Of a stretch of 64,000 nucleotides of DNA, positions 30,586-41,756 are shown one piece after another. This DNA comes from Nitrospirales bacterium (GTDB lineage: Bacteria; Nitrospirota; Nitrospiria; Nitrospirales; UBA8639), in NCBI GenBank assembly GCA_965223295.1, contig CBDCWC010000003.1:928001-992000 (forward strand), written 5' to 3'. The notes under the pieces are model-generated. The model was not told where the DNA came from. It made no database searches and saw only the letters and a list, made by a program, of their open reading frames with translations. The translations under genes were made by a program, and so were the position numbers. Position 1 is the first letter of the stretch; every line of letters begins with the position of its first letter.

Positions 30586-31488
30586 ATGAGCGCAATGACC
30601 ATGAACCCGAAACTCAAGGCCGTCCCTAAGCCAAAAACGCCTCAGCCGCTCACTCAGGAAGATCTCCGTTCCTTGTCGTCAAAGCGGGGACTCATGAAGC
30701 TCCTCAAGTCAAAAAGCATTAACCCCAAAAGTGCCTTAGCCACTCTGCGCTATGAAGCAGAGTTACGGCAACTCCAGATTGAGTTGGTAAAGTTACAACG
30801 AGATGTCCAACTCACAGGACGACGAGTGGCTATTATCTTTGAAGGTCGTGATGCGGCAGGTAAAGGGGGTGCGATTCGACGATTCACTGAACACCTGAAT
30901 CCGCGCTCGATGCGAGTAGTGGCCCTGCCCAAACCCACTGAGGTGGAGAAAGGCCAATGGTATTTTCAGCGCTATGTAAAGAATCTGCCCAACCCTGGGG
31001 AAATCGCCTTCTTTGATCGGAGCTGGTACAACCGCGCCGTCGTCGAACCTGTGATGAAATTTTGTAAAAAATCTCAGTACGAAGTGTTCATGCAACAGGT
31101 CCCAGAGTTCGAACATATGTTGTATGAAGACAATATTGAAATCATTAAATTTTGGTTCTCTATTTCAAAGAGTGAACAAGAACGCCGTTTTAAACGCCGC
31201 GTCACCAATCCCTTAAAACAGTGGAAAATTAGCCCTGTTGATAACCAGGCCCAAGAACATTGGGATCTCTATACCACGTATAAAGAAGAAATGTTTAGTA
31301 AGACGCATACCTCCTATGCGCCTTGGGCCATTGTGAAGGCCAACAGCAAAACAAAGGCCAGGCTTGAAGCCATTCGCCATGTGCTGAGCACCCTTCCCTA
31401 TGACGGCAAAGGCGAATCCAAGGTGAATCTCCATCCTGATCCTGGGATTGTCTTACGATTTCATCGACGCAGCAAGGTGGTTGATTAG
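30586..31488 (+). CDS. ppk2: Polyphosphate kinase 2
   Basis: FEGRDAAGKGG, FDRSWYNRA, WKISPVD. Confidence 0.95.
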   Translation: MSAMTMNPKLKAVPKPKTPQPLTQEDLRSLSSKRGLMKLLKSKSINPKSALATLRYEAELRQLQIELVKLQRDVQLTGRRVAIIFEGRDAAGKGGAIRRFTEHLNPRSMRVVALPKPTEVEKGQWYFQRYVKNLPNPGEIAFFDRSWYNRAVVEPVMKFCKKSQYEVFMQQVPEFEHMLYEDNIEIIKFWFSISKSEQERRFKRRVTNPLKQWKISPVDNQAQEHWDLYTTYKEEMFSKTHTSYAPWAIVKANSKTKARLEAIRHVLSTLPYDGKGESKVNLHPDPGIVLRFHRRSKVVD

Positions 31489-31597
31489 CCAATGCTTTAC
31501 CCTTACACTTATGACTAATTGACCACATTATCAGATTTTGGTAGAAATACTTAGAATCGTTGCTTGCTATCCCCGCAGGCTGCTTCGAGGAAAAGCC

Positions 31598-32170
31598 ATG
31601 GATACCAACCCATCAAGAAAGCAATGGTCGCGGCGTTCTTTTCTGAAGTTTTCCCTTGCAGGTGCTACCCTCCTTGGAAGCCGGATTCTTCTTCCTGATT
31701 TTGCCTTTTCCTCCTCTCTCCCTGAGGGGAAGCTTCACCTTTACAATACCCACACAGATGAACGACTCAACGTGCAATACCGGTCTCGTTCGGGTCGATA
31801 TGATCGAGAAGCACTGAAAGATATCAATTATCTGCTTCGATGCAATCATTCCAAGAACGTCCATAGGATGGATATCCGCCTGATAGAATTTATGAATGCC
31901 ATTGTAAAGAACGTAGGACGTGGCAAAAATGAAGTCCACATTCATTCTGGTTATCGTTCGCTCGCCTACAATAATTTATTGGTGCTTCATGAAAAAGGCG
32001 CCGTGGTGAACAGCTTCCATACGAAAGGACAAGCGATGGACTTTTCCATTCCTGGGGTCCGACTTTCGATCATCCGACGAACAGCCAGGAAACTGCAACT
32101 TGGTGGAGTCGGGTATTATCCTCAACAGGGCTTTATTCACATCGATACAGGCTCCCCTCGTTCCTGGTAG
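31598..32170 (+). CDS. YcbK/DUF882 peptidase M15 family protein with Tat signal
   Basis: SRRSFLK, SGYRS, SFHTKGQAMD, GVGYYP, FIHIDTG. Confidence 0.9.
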   Translation: MDTNPSRKQWSRRSFLKFSLAGATLLGSRILLPDFAFSSSLPEGKLHLYNTHTDERLNVQYRSRSGRYDREALKDINYLLRCNHSKNVHRMDIRLIEFMNAIVKNVGRGKNEVHIHSGYRSLAYNNLLVLHEKGAVVNSFHTKGQAMDFSIPGVRLSIIRRTARKLQLGGVGYYPQQGFIHIDTGSPRSW

Positions 32171-32285
32171 TCTGAATACTACCGTCTGATTTCCTTCGGA
32201 TCTCCCTAAAGCTGATCCATTTCTCCTCTGCCTCTCTCTCTGTGTCCTTGACGTCTTCTTCTTTCCTGATAGACTTTCACTGAAG

Positions 32286-32488
32286 GGGACTGTTGAATAA
32301 TGATGATATCAACGGCCAAATTTCGTCTCTGCAACGTACCATGTCAGTGGCCTCGGGTCTGTTCAAAAAAGCCCGTCCAGCAAGGCCACAGCCATTTTTC
32401 CGCGCGGAGCGTACTGGTCCTACGTGAGCACAGAAAGTGAGCACAGAAAAATGGCGAGAACGCCGCTAGCGGCTTTTTTCAACAGACC
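32286..32488 (+). mobile_element. MITE family A copy, target duplication CTGAAG, internal 13 bp tandem duplication
   Basis: CTGAAG at 32280-32285 and 32489-32494; GTGAGCACAGAAA twice at 32424-32449. Confidence 0.85.
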
Positions 32489-32712
32489 CTGAAGAGCTTT
32501 TTCTCATTAAAAGACATCTTTTTTTACCCATTTAATCAATTCATGACAGCCCATTTTTTTTCCTTTCATTCTAAAGTCAACATCCACCACAACAGGCTCT
32601 TCGTCGCACTTATTCCAGTTTTTGTTGATTAATCAAAGCCGGTCATTAGCATTTTTTCCTAAAACAAATTGGGGCAAACTGCCCTGGAGAACGGCTATAA
32701 AGGAGCCTCGAT

Positions 32713-33234
32713 ATGGAAGAAGGTCTATCGACACCCGTCGGCACTCGCCGGTCATTTTTCGTCAAAGTCACCACAGCCATCTCCTCCTTCATTGGCATCT
32801 CATTGGCACTTCCAATTGTCGGCTACCTCATTTCACCAGCTCTTCGTCGACAACCCAAGGAATGGGTTTCGGTGGGAAAGATCGATGATATTCCTGCGGA
32901 TACACCAACAGCCTTGGATTACTCCATGACCGTGAAAGATGGGTGGCAAAACAGCCAATCAACCAAAGGCATCTGGGCCGTAAAACGGGAAGATGGCCAC
33001 GTCACCGTCTATTCACCGATTTGTCCACATTTAGGATGCGGCTATCGCTGGGGAAACCAAGAGCGGCTGTTTAAATGTCCGTGCCATGGCAGTGTCTATG
33101 ACATGGAGGGAACCGTGAAAGCGGGACCTGCGCCTCGACCGTTAGATACGCTCCCCTCGAAAGTAGAAAACGGAGAATTGCTGGTTCTGTATCAGGAATT
33201 TAAATCGGGCCTTCCAGACAAGGTGGAGTTATAA
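32713..33234 (+). CDS. qcrA: Rieske iron-sulfur subunit of a quinol:cytochrome c reductase
   Basis: TRRSFF Tat motif, CPHLGC and CPCHGS. Confidence 0.92.
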   Translation: MEEGLSTPVGTRRSFFVKVTTAISSFIGISLALPIVGYLISPALRRQPKEWVSVGKIDDIPADTPTALDYSMTVKDGWQNSQSTKGIWAVKREDGHVTVYSPICPHLGCGYRWGNQERLFKCPCHGSVYDMEGTVKAGPAPRPLDTLPSKVENGELLVLYQEFKSGLPDKVEL

Positions 33235-33238
33235 CCCC

Positions 33239-34570
33239 ATGCGCGCGCGTCTCTATGATTGGATTGATAACCGACTGAAGTTACAACCCCTCGAGCAAAC
33301 CCTGCTCAACGAACCCATCCCCGGAGGGGCGAGTTGGAATTACGTATTTGGGTCGGCCACCTTGTTTCTCTTTGGGTTACAAGTCCTCACCGGCATGCTG
33401 CTCATGGTGTATTACGTCCCTTCCACAGATCATGCCTATGACACGGTGCGCTTCATTCAAGACGAAGTCTGGGGCGGCTGGTTTATTCGTGGCTTACACC
33501 ATTGGGGAGCCTCGGCGGTCATGATGGCCATCGGCCTGCATATGCTTCAGGTGTTTTTTGATGGCTCATACAAACGTCCACGCGAAATGATGTGGATTGT
33601 TGGAGTCGTATTGCTGATCTTCATGTTGGGATTTGGCTTTACGGGCTATTTGCTGCCTTGGGACCAGAATGCCTATTGGGCCACACAAGTAGGCATCAAT
33701 ATGGTGGGGTCAGTACCATTGATTGGAGATTTTCTTGTCAAAGTGCTTCGTGGCGGTGAAACGCTAGGGGCTCTCACCCTTTCAAGATTTTTTGCCATTC
33801 ATGTTGCGTTTCTACCTGCGGCGGTTATTCTTGGCATCATGCTGCATCTTTTTATTCTTCGGCGAGTTGGGCCTGCCGGGCCGCATGATGAAGCCAGAGC
33901 CAAGAAGGGCAGCGAGACCTTTTACCCACGGCAGGTCTATATGGACGCTATCGTGATGCTGGGTGTCTTTGTTGTCGTCTCAACGCTGGCTATTTTCATT
34001 GAGTTTCCACTGGCTGATCGAGCCGACCCATCTGACCATTCCTTTATCCCAGTGCCAGAATGGTACTTCCTCTTTCATTACCAGCTCTTGAAATATGCGC
34101 CAGGAGCTCTCGGTCCTCTTGCCACCTGGCTCCTCCCTTTGTTGTTTTTTACCGGACTATTTCTGCTCCCCTTTTGGGACCGAAACCCAGAGCGACATCC
34201 TTCCAGCCGGCCCATCACATTAACTGTCGGCATGGGATTTTTAATCATTATGTTTGTGTTGTTGGGAACATCACTTAAACAACTCTATGCCGTACCGAAA
34301 AAAGATCCATCCATCGAACGAGGAGTGGGTTTAGTGCAACAATTTGGATGTAAAACCTGCCATCGAATTCATGGTGAGGGCGGCAACCTAGCTCCAGACC
34401 TCTCGTTTGTGGCAGATCGGCGGCCTGATCGGGCCTGGCACATCCAACATTTCAAAAATCCGCAATCGGTCTCTCCTGGATCCTTCATGCCAATCTTCCC
34501 ACTGGATGACAAACAACTCAACGACCTCACAAGCTACATGCTCACCCTAAAAAGCGGCCATACTCCGTAG
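33239..34570 (+). CDS. qcrB: Cytochrome b subunit fused to a C-terminal cytochrome c
   Basis: RGLHHWGAS, GYLLPWDQ, PEWY, CKTCH and distal MP. Confidence 0.92.
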   Translation: MRARLYDWIDNRLKLQPLEQTLLNEPIPGGASWNYVFGSATLFLFGLQVLTGMLLMVYYVPSTDHAYDTVRFIQDEVWGGWFIRGLHHWGASAVMMAIGLHMLQVFFDGSYKRPREMMWIVGVVLLIFMLGFGFTGYLLPWDQNAYWATQVGINMVGSVPLIGDFLVKVLRGGETLGALTLSRFFAIHVAFLPAAVILGIMLHLFILRRVGPAGPHDEARAKKGSETFYPRQVYMDAIVMLGVFVVVSTLAIFIEFPLADRADPSDHSFIPVPEWYFLFHYQLLKYAPGALGPLATWLLPLLFFTGLFLLPFWDRNPERHPSSRPITLTVGMGFLIIMFVLLGTSLKQLYAVPKKDPSIERGVGLVQQFGCKTCHRIHGEGGNLAPDLSFVADRRPDRAWHIQHFKNPQSVSPGSFMPIFPLDDKQLNDLTSYMLTLKSGHTP

Positions 34571-34612
34571 CTGGATCCTGAAGTAACAGCCATTCATCAA
34601 AGCTACAGGTAG

Positions 34613-34790
34613 GGGACTGTTGAATAATAATGATATCAACGACCAAATTTCGTCTCAGCAACGTACCATGTCAGCGGCCTCGGGTCTGCCCGCTCGCCTG
34701 CGGAAGCCGCTTTCAGCCTTCGTAGCCACTGTGGCGAAGGAGGCCCGGCGAAGGCAGGGAACGCCGTTGGAGGCTTTTTTCAACAGACCC
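34613..34790 (+). mobile_element. MITE family A variant with replaced internal segment
   Basis: Family A ends; the middle is GC-rich hairpin sequence (CCTTCG...CGAAGG). Confidence 0.75.
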
Positions 34791-34814
34791 GGTATTGGCG
34801 TAATACAAAACAAC

Positions 34815-35231
34815 TTAGCTCTCCTCATAATCCTGGATTACGGTACAGACAACTCGACGTTCCGTGCGCGGACCATCGAATTCACAGAAAAAGAGATTTT
34901 GCCATTGGGATAGGCCCAATTGGCCGTCAATAATCGGAATCGTCTCTGATGGCCCGACTAGACCAGCCTTCAAATGTGAATCGCCATTGCCATCTTGAGC
35001 ATCATGCAGCCACACCCCGGGCGGAATGAGTTGGCGCAATAAATTGACCACATCCATCGGGACACTCTCATCCCAATTTTCCTGGACCATGATGGCGGCC
35101 GTCGCTCCTTGTGCATATACATGGAGAATGCCATTCTGAATCCTACTTCGTTCAAGAACCGCTCGTGTGGCTTTGGTAATATCGATCAATTCCTCTCGCT
35201 GAGAGGTCTGTATCACGATAGTTTCGCGCAT
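34815..35231 (-). CDS. YjbQ/UPF0047 family protein
   Basis: ATAAIMVQEN, GNGDSHLKA, WQNLFFCEFDGPR. Confidence 0.9.
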   Translation of the reverse strand: MRETIVIQTSQREELIDITKATRAVLERSRIQNGILHVYAQGATAAIMVQENWDESVPMDVVNLLRQLIPPGVWLHDAQDGNGDSHLKAGLVGPSETIPIIDGQLGLSQWQNLFFCEFDGPRTERRVVCTVIQDYEES

Positions 35232-35269
35232 AAATCCCCCATTATTGAGGGTTCATCGCCCAGGCACAA

Positions 35270-35641
35270 TTACTTTACGACCACATTGATAGAGTCCGAA
35301 ACCGTCACCATATCATGGTCATGCGTAGCCACTTTGACCGTGATCGTATGAGGACCGCGAGGGACATCACTGAACTTTCCCTTGAATCCCTTCTGATATT
35401 CTCCATCTAGAAAGACATGGACATGATCGGCCATCATGCCTTTTCGAAAAGAGTAGGCGAGGTCAAACGCACTCTCAACAGTCGCTCCGTTCTGGGGAGA
35501 GGTAATTGTAATTGCAGACCCATCATGCACATCAAGCTGTTCTCCTGCCAACACATGTTGAGACACACCAAAACCAATACAAATTACGGCGAGAAAGACA
35601 CAGGTGAATCCACGCATAGGAGTCCTCCATTTGTGAAGCAT
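35270..35641 (-). CDS. Small exported His-rich Ig-like protein
   Basis: Signal peptide, ITITSPQNGATV, DHVHVFLDG, THDHD. Confidence 0.7.
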   Translation of the reverse strand: MLHKWRTPMRGFTCVFLAVICIGFGVSQHVLAGEQLDVHDGSAITITSPQNGATVESAFDLAYSFRKGMMADHVHVFLDGEYQKGFKGKFSDVPRGPHTITVKVATHDHDMVTVSDSINVVVK

Positions 35642-35709
35642 GAATATTCAAAAAACACGGGTATAACAGGTATTCTATCTCGAGTCGCTAACGCAGGTGA
35701 AGAAAATTT

Positions 35710-36099
35710 TTGATAGAGTCACCTATGCTTCGATTTTTCTTGCCGCTCGTACTCATCATGTCGTTCCCTGGACTAGGAGCAATGACGGCCTGTGCGTTTC
35801 AAGAAGAAGTTGATTGGATATGGAATGACACAAAGCCGACAGCTAGGCAAGGGCCCACATGCATGAAGTTTACTGTGAAAGCCTACCCCATCAAAATTCT
35901 TCGAGGAAATGTATCAGGCCGTACCTGTATAGAAAAATCCATCGAATCATATCAAAAAGGCGACCAAGAAGAAGCCTTAGGATGGATTCTTGCAGGACAA
36001 TGTCATGATCGACTGGCACGGGAAACCATCGTGAAACATGCCCCCAAAGTCTTGGAATATGTGTTACGCAAATACGAGAATGAAATTCCCGCGAAGTGA
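35710..36099 (+). CDS. Hypothetical exported protein
   Basis: 129 aa, hydrophobic N-terminus. Confidence 0.6.
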   Translation: MIESPMLRFFLPLVLIMSFPGLGAMTACAFQEEVDWIWNDTKPTARQGPTCMKFTVKAYPIKILRGNVSGRTCIEKSIESYQKGDQEEALGWILAGQCHDRLARETIVKHAPKVLEYVLRKYENEIPAK

Positions 36100-36251
36100 T
36101 TGAAGAGGTTTTCTCTTCAATAAGATACGATCCACTGAAAATAGAATTGCCTAAGTTTTACAAACAATATTTCGCCGCCTACTAACTCACAGTGCAATAA
36201 ATCATCTACAGCGTTTGACCGTGGTAGTTGGCCAAGTCCTGAACGATTTGG

Positions 36252-36589
36252 TTAGGGGTGAGCGTTTGCAAATCGAAGCGCTTCGCCAAAAGTTCGGTAT
36301 TCCCGAAGGTCAATGGGGCGAGGATTATACGGAAGCGGTCGTCGGGCAATCATTGATTAATGAGAGACGTGTAAGAGGTATACCACTGACACGCTTTTTC
36401 GTAAGCCTGTTGCACCGCTGGAGGCTCTTTCCATGGAGTAAGGTCAAGATGTTCATTCACAAGAATTTCTAACCACAAAAGACGAACAGCTCGTGGACTT
36501 TCAAGGATCTCCTCAAATGTGCTCAGACCTGTGTACGCAGGCAACAGCTTCATCGGGAAATCAGGCTGAACTGGCGGGAACACTTTCAT
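36252..36589 (-). pseudogene. Hypothetical protein with an apparent single frameshift near 36350
   Basis: ORF stops at SLINQ*, but an alternative frame continues IARRPLPYNPRPIDLREYRTFGEALRFANAHP* to 36252. Confidence 0.45.
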
Positions 36590-36639
36590 ACACTGAGTCT
36601 ATGCGAAGAGAGCGGTTTGAACAAGCCCACATACCATAT

Positions 36640-36829
36640 GGGGCTGTTGAATATAATGATATCAACGGCCACATTTCGTCTCCGCGACATCACATATCAG
36701 AGGCCTCAGGGCTGTTCAAAAAAGTCCGTCCAGCAAGGCCGCAGCCATTTTTTGCGCACGGAGCGTACTGGCAGTACGTGAGCACGGAAAAATGGCGAGA
36801 ACGCCGCTGGCGGATTTTTTCAACAGACC
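36640..36829 (+). mobile_element. MITE family A copy, target duplication CCATAT
   Basis: CCATAT at 36634-36639 and 36830-36835. Confidence 0.85.
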
Positions 36830-36846
36830 CCATATCTCAAAATGAG

Positions 36847-36881
36847 AGGAGCCGGGCCCTATGTGGAGCCCGGCTCCTTTT
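36847..36881. terminator. Hairpin terminator downstream of icd
   Basis: AGGAGCCGGGC-loop-GCCCGGCTCCT; the T run follows on the plus strand, only a weaker T tract on the icd (minus) strand. Confidence 0.6.
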
Positions 36882-36921
36882 CAAAGCCAAGATATTCAAT
36901 CGACCTAAATATTCTGCTCGC

Positions 36922-39159
36922 TTAATTCAAAGTCGCCAAAATCTTGTTAAGGGTGGCACTGGGTCGCATTCCCGTGGCCACCTTGGCCGGATCCGGGTGA
37001 TAGTAGCCGCCGATATCCACTGGTTTGCCCTTCACAGCCTTCATCTCTTCGAGAATTTTATCAATGTTCGCTTCGAGTTCTTTCGCAACTGGTGCGAACT
37101 TCGCCTTCAATTCCTGATCGTCATTTTGAGCGGCCAGTTCTTGGGCCCAGTACATAGCTTCATAAGCATGGCTTCCCGCATTATCCAATTCTCCAAGGAC
37201 TCGTCCTGGTGATTTGCGGTTATCCATAAGTTTTCCTGTTGCACGATCCAACGTATCCGCCAACACCTGCGCTTTTTTGTTGTTCTTGAACCCGCTGAGG
37301 TGCGCAAACGATTCCGACAAGGCTAAAAACTCGCCCAGCGAATCCCATCGTAAATGCCCTTCTTTCAAGAATTGTTGCACGTGCTTTGGCGCCGATCCGC
37401 CCGCACCAGTTTCAAATAACCCGCCGCCGTTAATCAACGGCACGATTGACAACATTTTGGCACTCGTCCCCAATTCCAAAATCGGGAACAGGTCGGTGAG
37501 ATAATCCCGGAGCACGTTCCCCGTGGCCGCAATGGTATCTTGCCCGTCTTTGGCTCGCTTCAAGGAATGTTTCATGGCATCGATGGGAGCCATGACTTGA
37601 ATGTCCAATCCGCTCGTATCATGATCTTTCAAATAGACATTCAATTTTTCGATAAGTTGTGCATCATGGGCCCGGTTTTTGTTCAACCAGAACACTACGG
37701 GCATACCAGAAGCCTTGGCTCGATTGACGGCCAATTTCACCCAATCCCGTATTGGAATATCCTTCACGATACAGGAGCGGAAAATGTCACCTGTTTCTAC
37801 CGCTTGCTCATGCAAGACATTCCCTGCACCGTCAATGAGCCGAATGGTTCCATTACCCGGAGCTTCGAAGGTTTTGTCATGTGATCCGTATTCTTGAGCT
37901 TTTTGGGCCATCAACCCTACATTGGGCACGGTTCCCATCGTGGCAGGATTGAATTCTCCGTTTTCCCGGCAAAAATCCACCACGGCTTGGTAGATGCCGG
38001 CATAGCTTCGATCGGGGATCATCGCCTTCATATCATGTTCTTTGCCATCCGGTCCCCACATCTTTCCACCAACCCGCAGAGCGGCCGCCATTGAGGCATC
38101 GATGATGATGTCGCTCGGCACATGCAAATTAGTAATCCCTTTGTCAGAGTCTACCATCGCCAATTTGGGGCCATTGTTTTGGGCGGCTTCAAGATCCGCT
38201 TTGATTTCTTTCTGTTGAGCGTCGGGCAACGATCCGATCTTAGCGTACACATCACCAATCCCGTTATTGGGATTCACCCCAAGCTCATTAAAGACCTTTT
38301 CGTGCTTCTTGAAGACATCCTCATAATACACGCTCACGCAATGGCCAAAAATGATGGGGTCCGACACTTTCATCATGGTGGCTTTCATGTGGAGAGAGAA
38401 CAAGACATCTGGTTGCTTCTTGGCATCGGCCACCTGATCCTTGAAGAATTGCCGTAAGGCCTTGACGCTCATCTTCGTGGCATCCACCACATCACCCTTT
38501 TCCAACGTGACGTCATCTTTCAACACCTTGGTGGACCCATCGGCCCCCACAAACTCGATCCGGCCTTTTCCAGCGGTTTGATCGGTAATCGTCGTGGACT
38601 TTTCATTCTCGAAAAAATCGCCGCCGGACATACTGGCAACATGAGTTTTTGAATCCTTTGCCCATTTCCCCATTTTGTGGGGATTTTTTTGGGCATATTG
38701 CTTGACAGACGATGAAGCGCGTCGATCAGAGTTGCCCTGCCGTAACACCGGATTCACCGCACTGCCTTTGACCTTGTCAAACTTGGCCTTGATAGCCTTC
38801 TCTTCCTCATTCTTCGGATCTTCCGGATAGTCTGGAATGTCATATCCTTGTTCTTGCAATTCTTTCACGCAGGCCTGAATCTGAGGAATCGAGGCGCTGA
38901 TATTGGGAAGCTTGATGACATTGGACTCCGGCGTCACCACGATCTCACCCAACAAGGCTAAATCATCCGGCTGTTTTTGCTCCGGCTTCAACCTTTCCGG
39001 AAACTGAGAAATAATACGCCCAGCTAGGGAAATATCTTTGGTGCCGACGTTGACACCCGCCGTCCCGGCAAAAGCTTGGATGATTGGCAAGAACGACCCA
39101 CTTGCCAGTTCTGGCGCTTCATCCACTTTTGTGTAAATGATATCAGGCTGTGCAGACAT
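36922..39159 (-). CDS. icd: Monomeric NADP-dependent isocitrate dehydrogenase
   Basis: [53 protein letters not shown]; 745 aa. Confidence 0.96.
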   Translation of the reverse strand: MSAQPDIIYTKVDEAPELASGSFLPIIQAFAGTAGVNVGTKDISLAGRIISQFPERLKPEQKQPDDLALLGEIVVTPESNVIKLPNISASIPQIQACVKELQEQGYDIPDYPEDPKNEEEKAIKAKFDKVKGSAVNPVLRQGNSDRRASSSVKQYAQKNPHKMGKWAKDSKTHVASMSGGDFFENEKSTTITDQTAGKGRIEFVGADGSTKVLKDDVTLEKGDVVDATKMSVKALRQFFKDQVADAKKQPDVLFSLHMKATMMKVSDPIIFGHCVSVYYEDVFKKHEKVFNELGVNPNNGIGDVYAKIGSLPDAQQKEIKADLEAAQNNGPKLAMVDSDKGITNLHVPSDIIIDASMAAALRVGGKMWGPDGKEHDMKAMIPDRSYAGIYQAVVDFCRENGEFNPATMGTVPNVGLMAQKAQEYGSHDKTFEAPGNGTIRLIDGAGNVLHEQAVETGDIFRSCIVKDIPIRDWVKLAVNRAKASGMPVVFWLNKNRAHDAQLIEKLNVYLKDHDTSGLDIQVMAPIDAMKHSLKRAKDGQDTIAATGNVLRDYLTDLFPILELGTSAKMLSIVPLINGGGLFETGAGGSAPKHVQQFLKEGHLRWDSLGEFLALSESFAHLSGFKNNKKAQVLADTLDRATGKLMDNRKSPGRVLGELDNAGSHAYEAMYWAQELAAQNDDQELKAKFAPVAKELEANIDKILEEMKAVKGKPVDIGGYYHPDPAKVATGMRPSATLNKILATLN

Positions 39160-39431
39160 AAGATTGGCCTCCTAAAGGTTAGACAACTGAAAAACTGATC
39201 TTCCTGAAAAATGGGAAACGAAATAATCTCTGACCCTACAAAGCATGAAAGTGTAATACGAAAACGGCAGTTGGACAATCAACCGAAAGGCCCAGACGGG
39301 GGGGAGAGACTAAAGACCCAGATTAGGAGAAGTGATTTGAGAAATTGGTTTATTTAGGAAAGAAAAAATCTAAAATTCTGTTAAGTTTCCAATACTTTTG
39401 AGCCATCTCCTCAAAAACGTGAGAGCAAACC

Positions 39432-39875
39432 TTACCGAATATAGACATAGTATTTGAGCATATCTTTCCAGGTGAGAATACCCTCGATCACATCATGGTC
39501 GGATACCACTGGTAAACACGAAATACTATGTTCCAACAACAAGATGACAGCCGTATCGATGGCCGTGTCTTGCCTCACGGTAATGAGGTTCATCGACATG
39601 ATATCGTGGGCCACCGTTTTGAGCAGGGCCTGATCTTGCTCGCTGGCTTTGCCGGTACCCAGAAAAGGGCTCGAGGTCCTCAGGACATCTCGATCAGAAA
39701 TGACGCCTAGCAATTTCTGCTCTTCGCCAACAAGTAGATGATGATAGGACACGCGGCTGAAAATATCCCGTAATTCTCCCAAGGTCACGGTCGGCAACAC
39801 ACAATGAACATTTTCACTCATAATATTCGTCACAAGCATCATCCTATCCTCTTTTCTGTTCAACGAGTTCATCAC
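39432..39875 (-). CDS. CBS domain pair protein
   Basis: LLGVISDRDVL, ISCLPVV, GILTWKD; start may be near 39842. Confidence 0.85.
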   Translation of the reverse strand: MMNSLNRKEDRMMLVTNIMSENVHCVLPTVTLGELRDIFSRVSYHHLLVGEEQKLLGVISDRDVLRTSSPFLGTGKASEQDQALLKTVAHDIMSMNLITVRQDTAIDTAVILLLEHSISCLPVVSDHDVIEGILTWKDMLKYYVYIR

Positions 39876-41309
39876 CTAATTGTCGCCATGTACGGCCTGT
39901 CATCTTTTCTGAAGTGTTTGTACTGATATTATTGATCGTCATCACCACGTTAGGATAAATCGTTCTTGATACTTTTATTGAAGCTTTTTTCTGTTGTTCG
40001 ATTTCAGGTTCAAGCGCTAACAACTGCTGACGTAATCGTGTTATCTTTTCATTGATAGCCATAATCGTATTCTCAATCTTTGTCACCTTATTTACCGGAG
40101 TTTTTCCAAGAACTGTGCTTTTGTTTTTCTCAACTTTTTCAAGAATGTTTTGGAGTTGGACAATTTCGCTCAATCGTGTCTCTAATTCTTTTTTGAGTTT
40201 TTGATAGACCACATATAATTTACTCAGTTGTCCCACCACTAATCGTGTCGGCACATAGCTCTCGTTTCCTAATTGCTTGATCACGGCTTGTTTCCCCGCT
40301 TCACAGATGCCGCCAAACAAAACCCCTTTTCCATGGGATGCCCAAGCAGGACTTGATTTCCTGCTTTCACAACGCTGTGAATAATATATTCTTTCACCAC
40401 AATATTATTGTGCGCGTTCATCGTTGAGGCATTGACAAAACTGGCTTCGATATTCTCTCCGGCTTCAATACCGTATTCCACGATTTCCCCGTCTATAGTG
40501 GCAGCCCCATCTTCACCCAAAATACCCCCGCCAATGCGGATGGTTTTCCCCGCCTTGATATGTGCCCGTTCGACAGCTCCCCGCACACTCACATCGCCGG
40601 TGACATTAATGGTCATACCTGAAGCTACATCGCCTTTCACTTCTAACGAGCCATCAAATGTAATATTCCCCGTATGAGCATCAACATTCTCCACATGAAG
40701 AACAGGATCAACGTTGACTCCATGATTCACAAAGACGGGATGCCCTTTTGTCTCTGCAAGGAGTAGGTTGGGATCTTCTGGCGAAAGAACCACGCCCGTC
40801 AGTTTCTTAGCAAATTCCGCATCTTTCCCCGCCTTTGGCATGATGGTTTCACCCATGACATCCATGCCTGGATTGCCAGCAGTCGCTGGCACGCGTTTCA
40901 TGAGAGGTGTATTGATGTCGACAACCAAAAATTGATGGGTCCACCCCATGTCGGCCACACCATGTTCATCGACGACAGGCGGAGCAATGACTTCACTTTT
41001 CACAAGTGAAACAAATTCCGCATCTTTCCCGTCTTCAGACATGCGCGCTCGGGCAATGCACACATTGGTCGCCGATTGGTTCTGAACACAATCGGCAAGC
41101 ACGGTCCGATCAATGAGCGAATCGACAATCCCAGCTTGGGCAATGGCCTGAAGGGTTTCGTCCAAAGTAATGGGGTCCGCCCCCTCTACTGGTGTCAGCG
41201 CCAATAAAGCCTGAAGTCTGTCGCTGGAAATCGACACTGACACCCTGGGATCAGTCAGTTTTGTCGATAAATCCTGACATTCGTCTACGTGTTGCGCCTG
41301 GTCAATCAA
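39844..41309 (-). pseudogene. FapA/DUF342 flagellar assembly protein, frameshifted near 40340
   Basis: TGNITFDGSLEVKGDV beta-helix repeats; second frame continues GKGVLFGGICEAG...IYPNVVMTI. Confidence 0.8.
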
Positions 41310-41397
41310 CGCTCATCATCCTTGATCACGAATAGTGACATATCAGTCCTTGGACAAAGATCACCCTTGGAATGACTATTTATCGCCTCTACCATAA

Positions 41398-41425
41398 AAT
41401 TCGGCATTCTTGCCAAAGTTCTTAA
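41398..41425 (-). promoter_or_regulatory. Putative sigma-28 (FliA)-type promoter
   Basis: Minus strand TAAG-N15-GCCGAATT upstream of the FapA-like gene. Confidence 0.45.
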
Positions 41426-41513
41426 TGTGTTTCACCTAAACATGGTCGTAGCTTTGTTATGGTGCATCCCGCATTTTCCTGGGTAACAATATGGAGCTGA
41501 GTCTCTGAGGCAA

Positions 41514-41655
41514 CCCCCTTTGTAAGGAGGGGCCAGGGGAGGTAGAAACACCAGTCGCTACGAGGCTATTGGAGCTAGTGGAACAATGGCAGGACTACGT
41601 AGCTGTGTCCCTCTACTCCACCGAATTACTTGGTTCTTCATCGGAACCAAGCCCC
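41514..41655. repeat. REP-like family C inverted doublet
   Basis: Short arm 41514-41546 (reverse) and long-variant arm 41611-41655. Confidence 0.65.
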
Positions 41656-41756
41656 ATACAACTGGGAGAAACTCTTAGCTCTGTTCTTTGGCAGGCAGTT
41701 GGAAGTGACCTTTTACATCGGAAGTATCTTAGAGTCTACAAGAGAATGACTGGCCC

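Noticed and set aside
32286-34790. Composite MITE transposon carrying qcrAB
   Set aside because: The left copy has its own CTGAAG duplication on both sides and the outer flanks do not match, indicating independent insertions
848-37212. ORFs such as 848-1138, 5268-5501, 5512-5742, 30180-30422, 34620-34913 and 36493-37212
   Set aside because: They derive from MITE sequence or overlap real genes on the opposite strand
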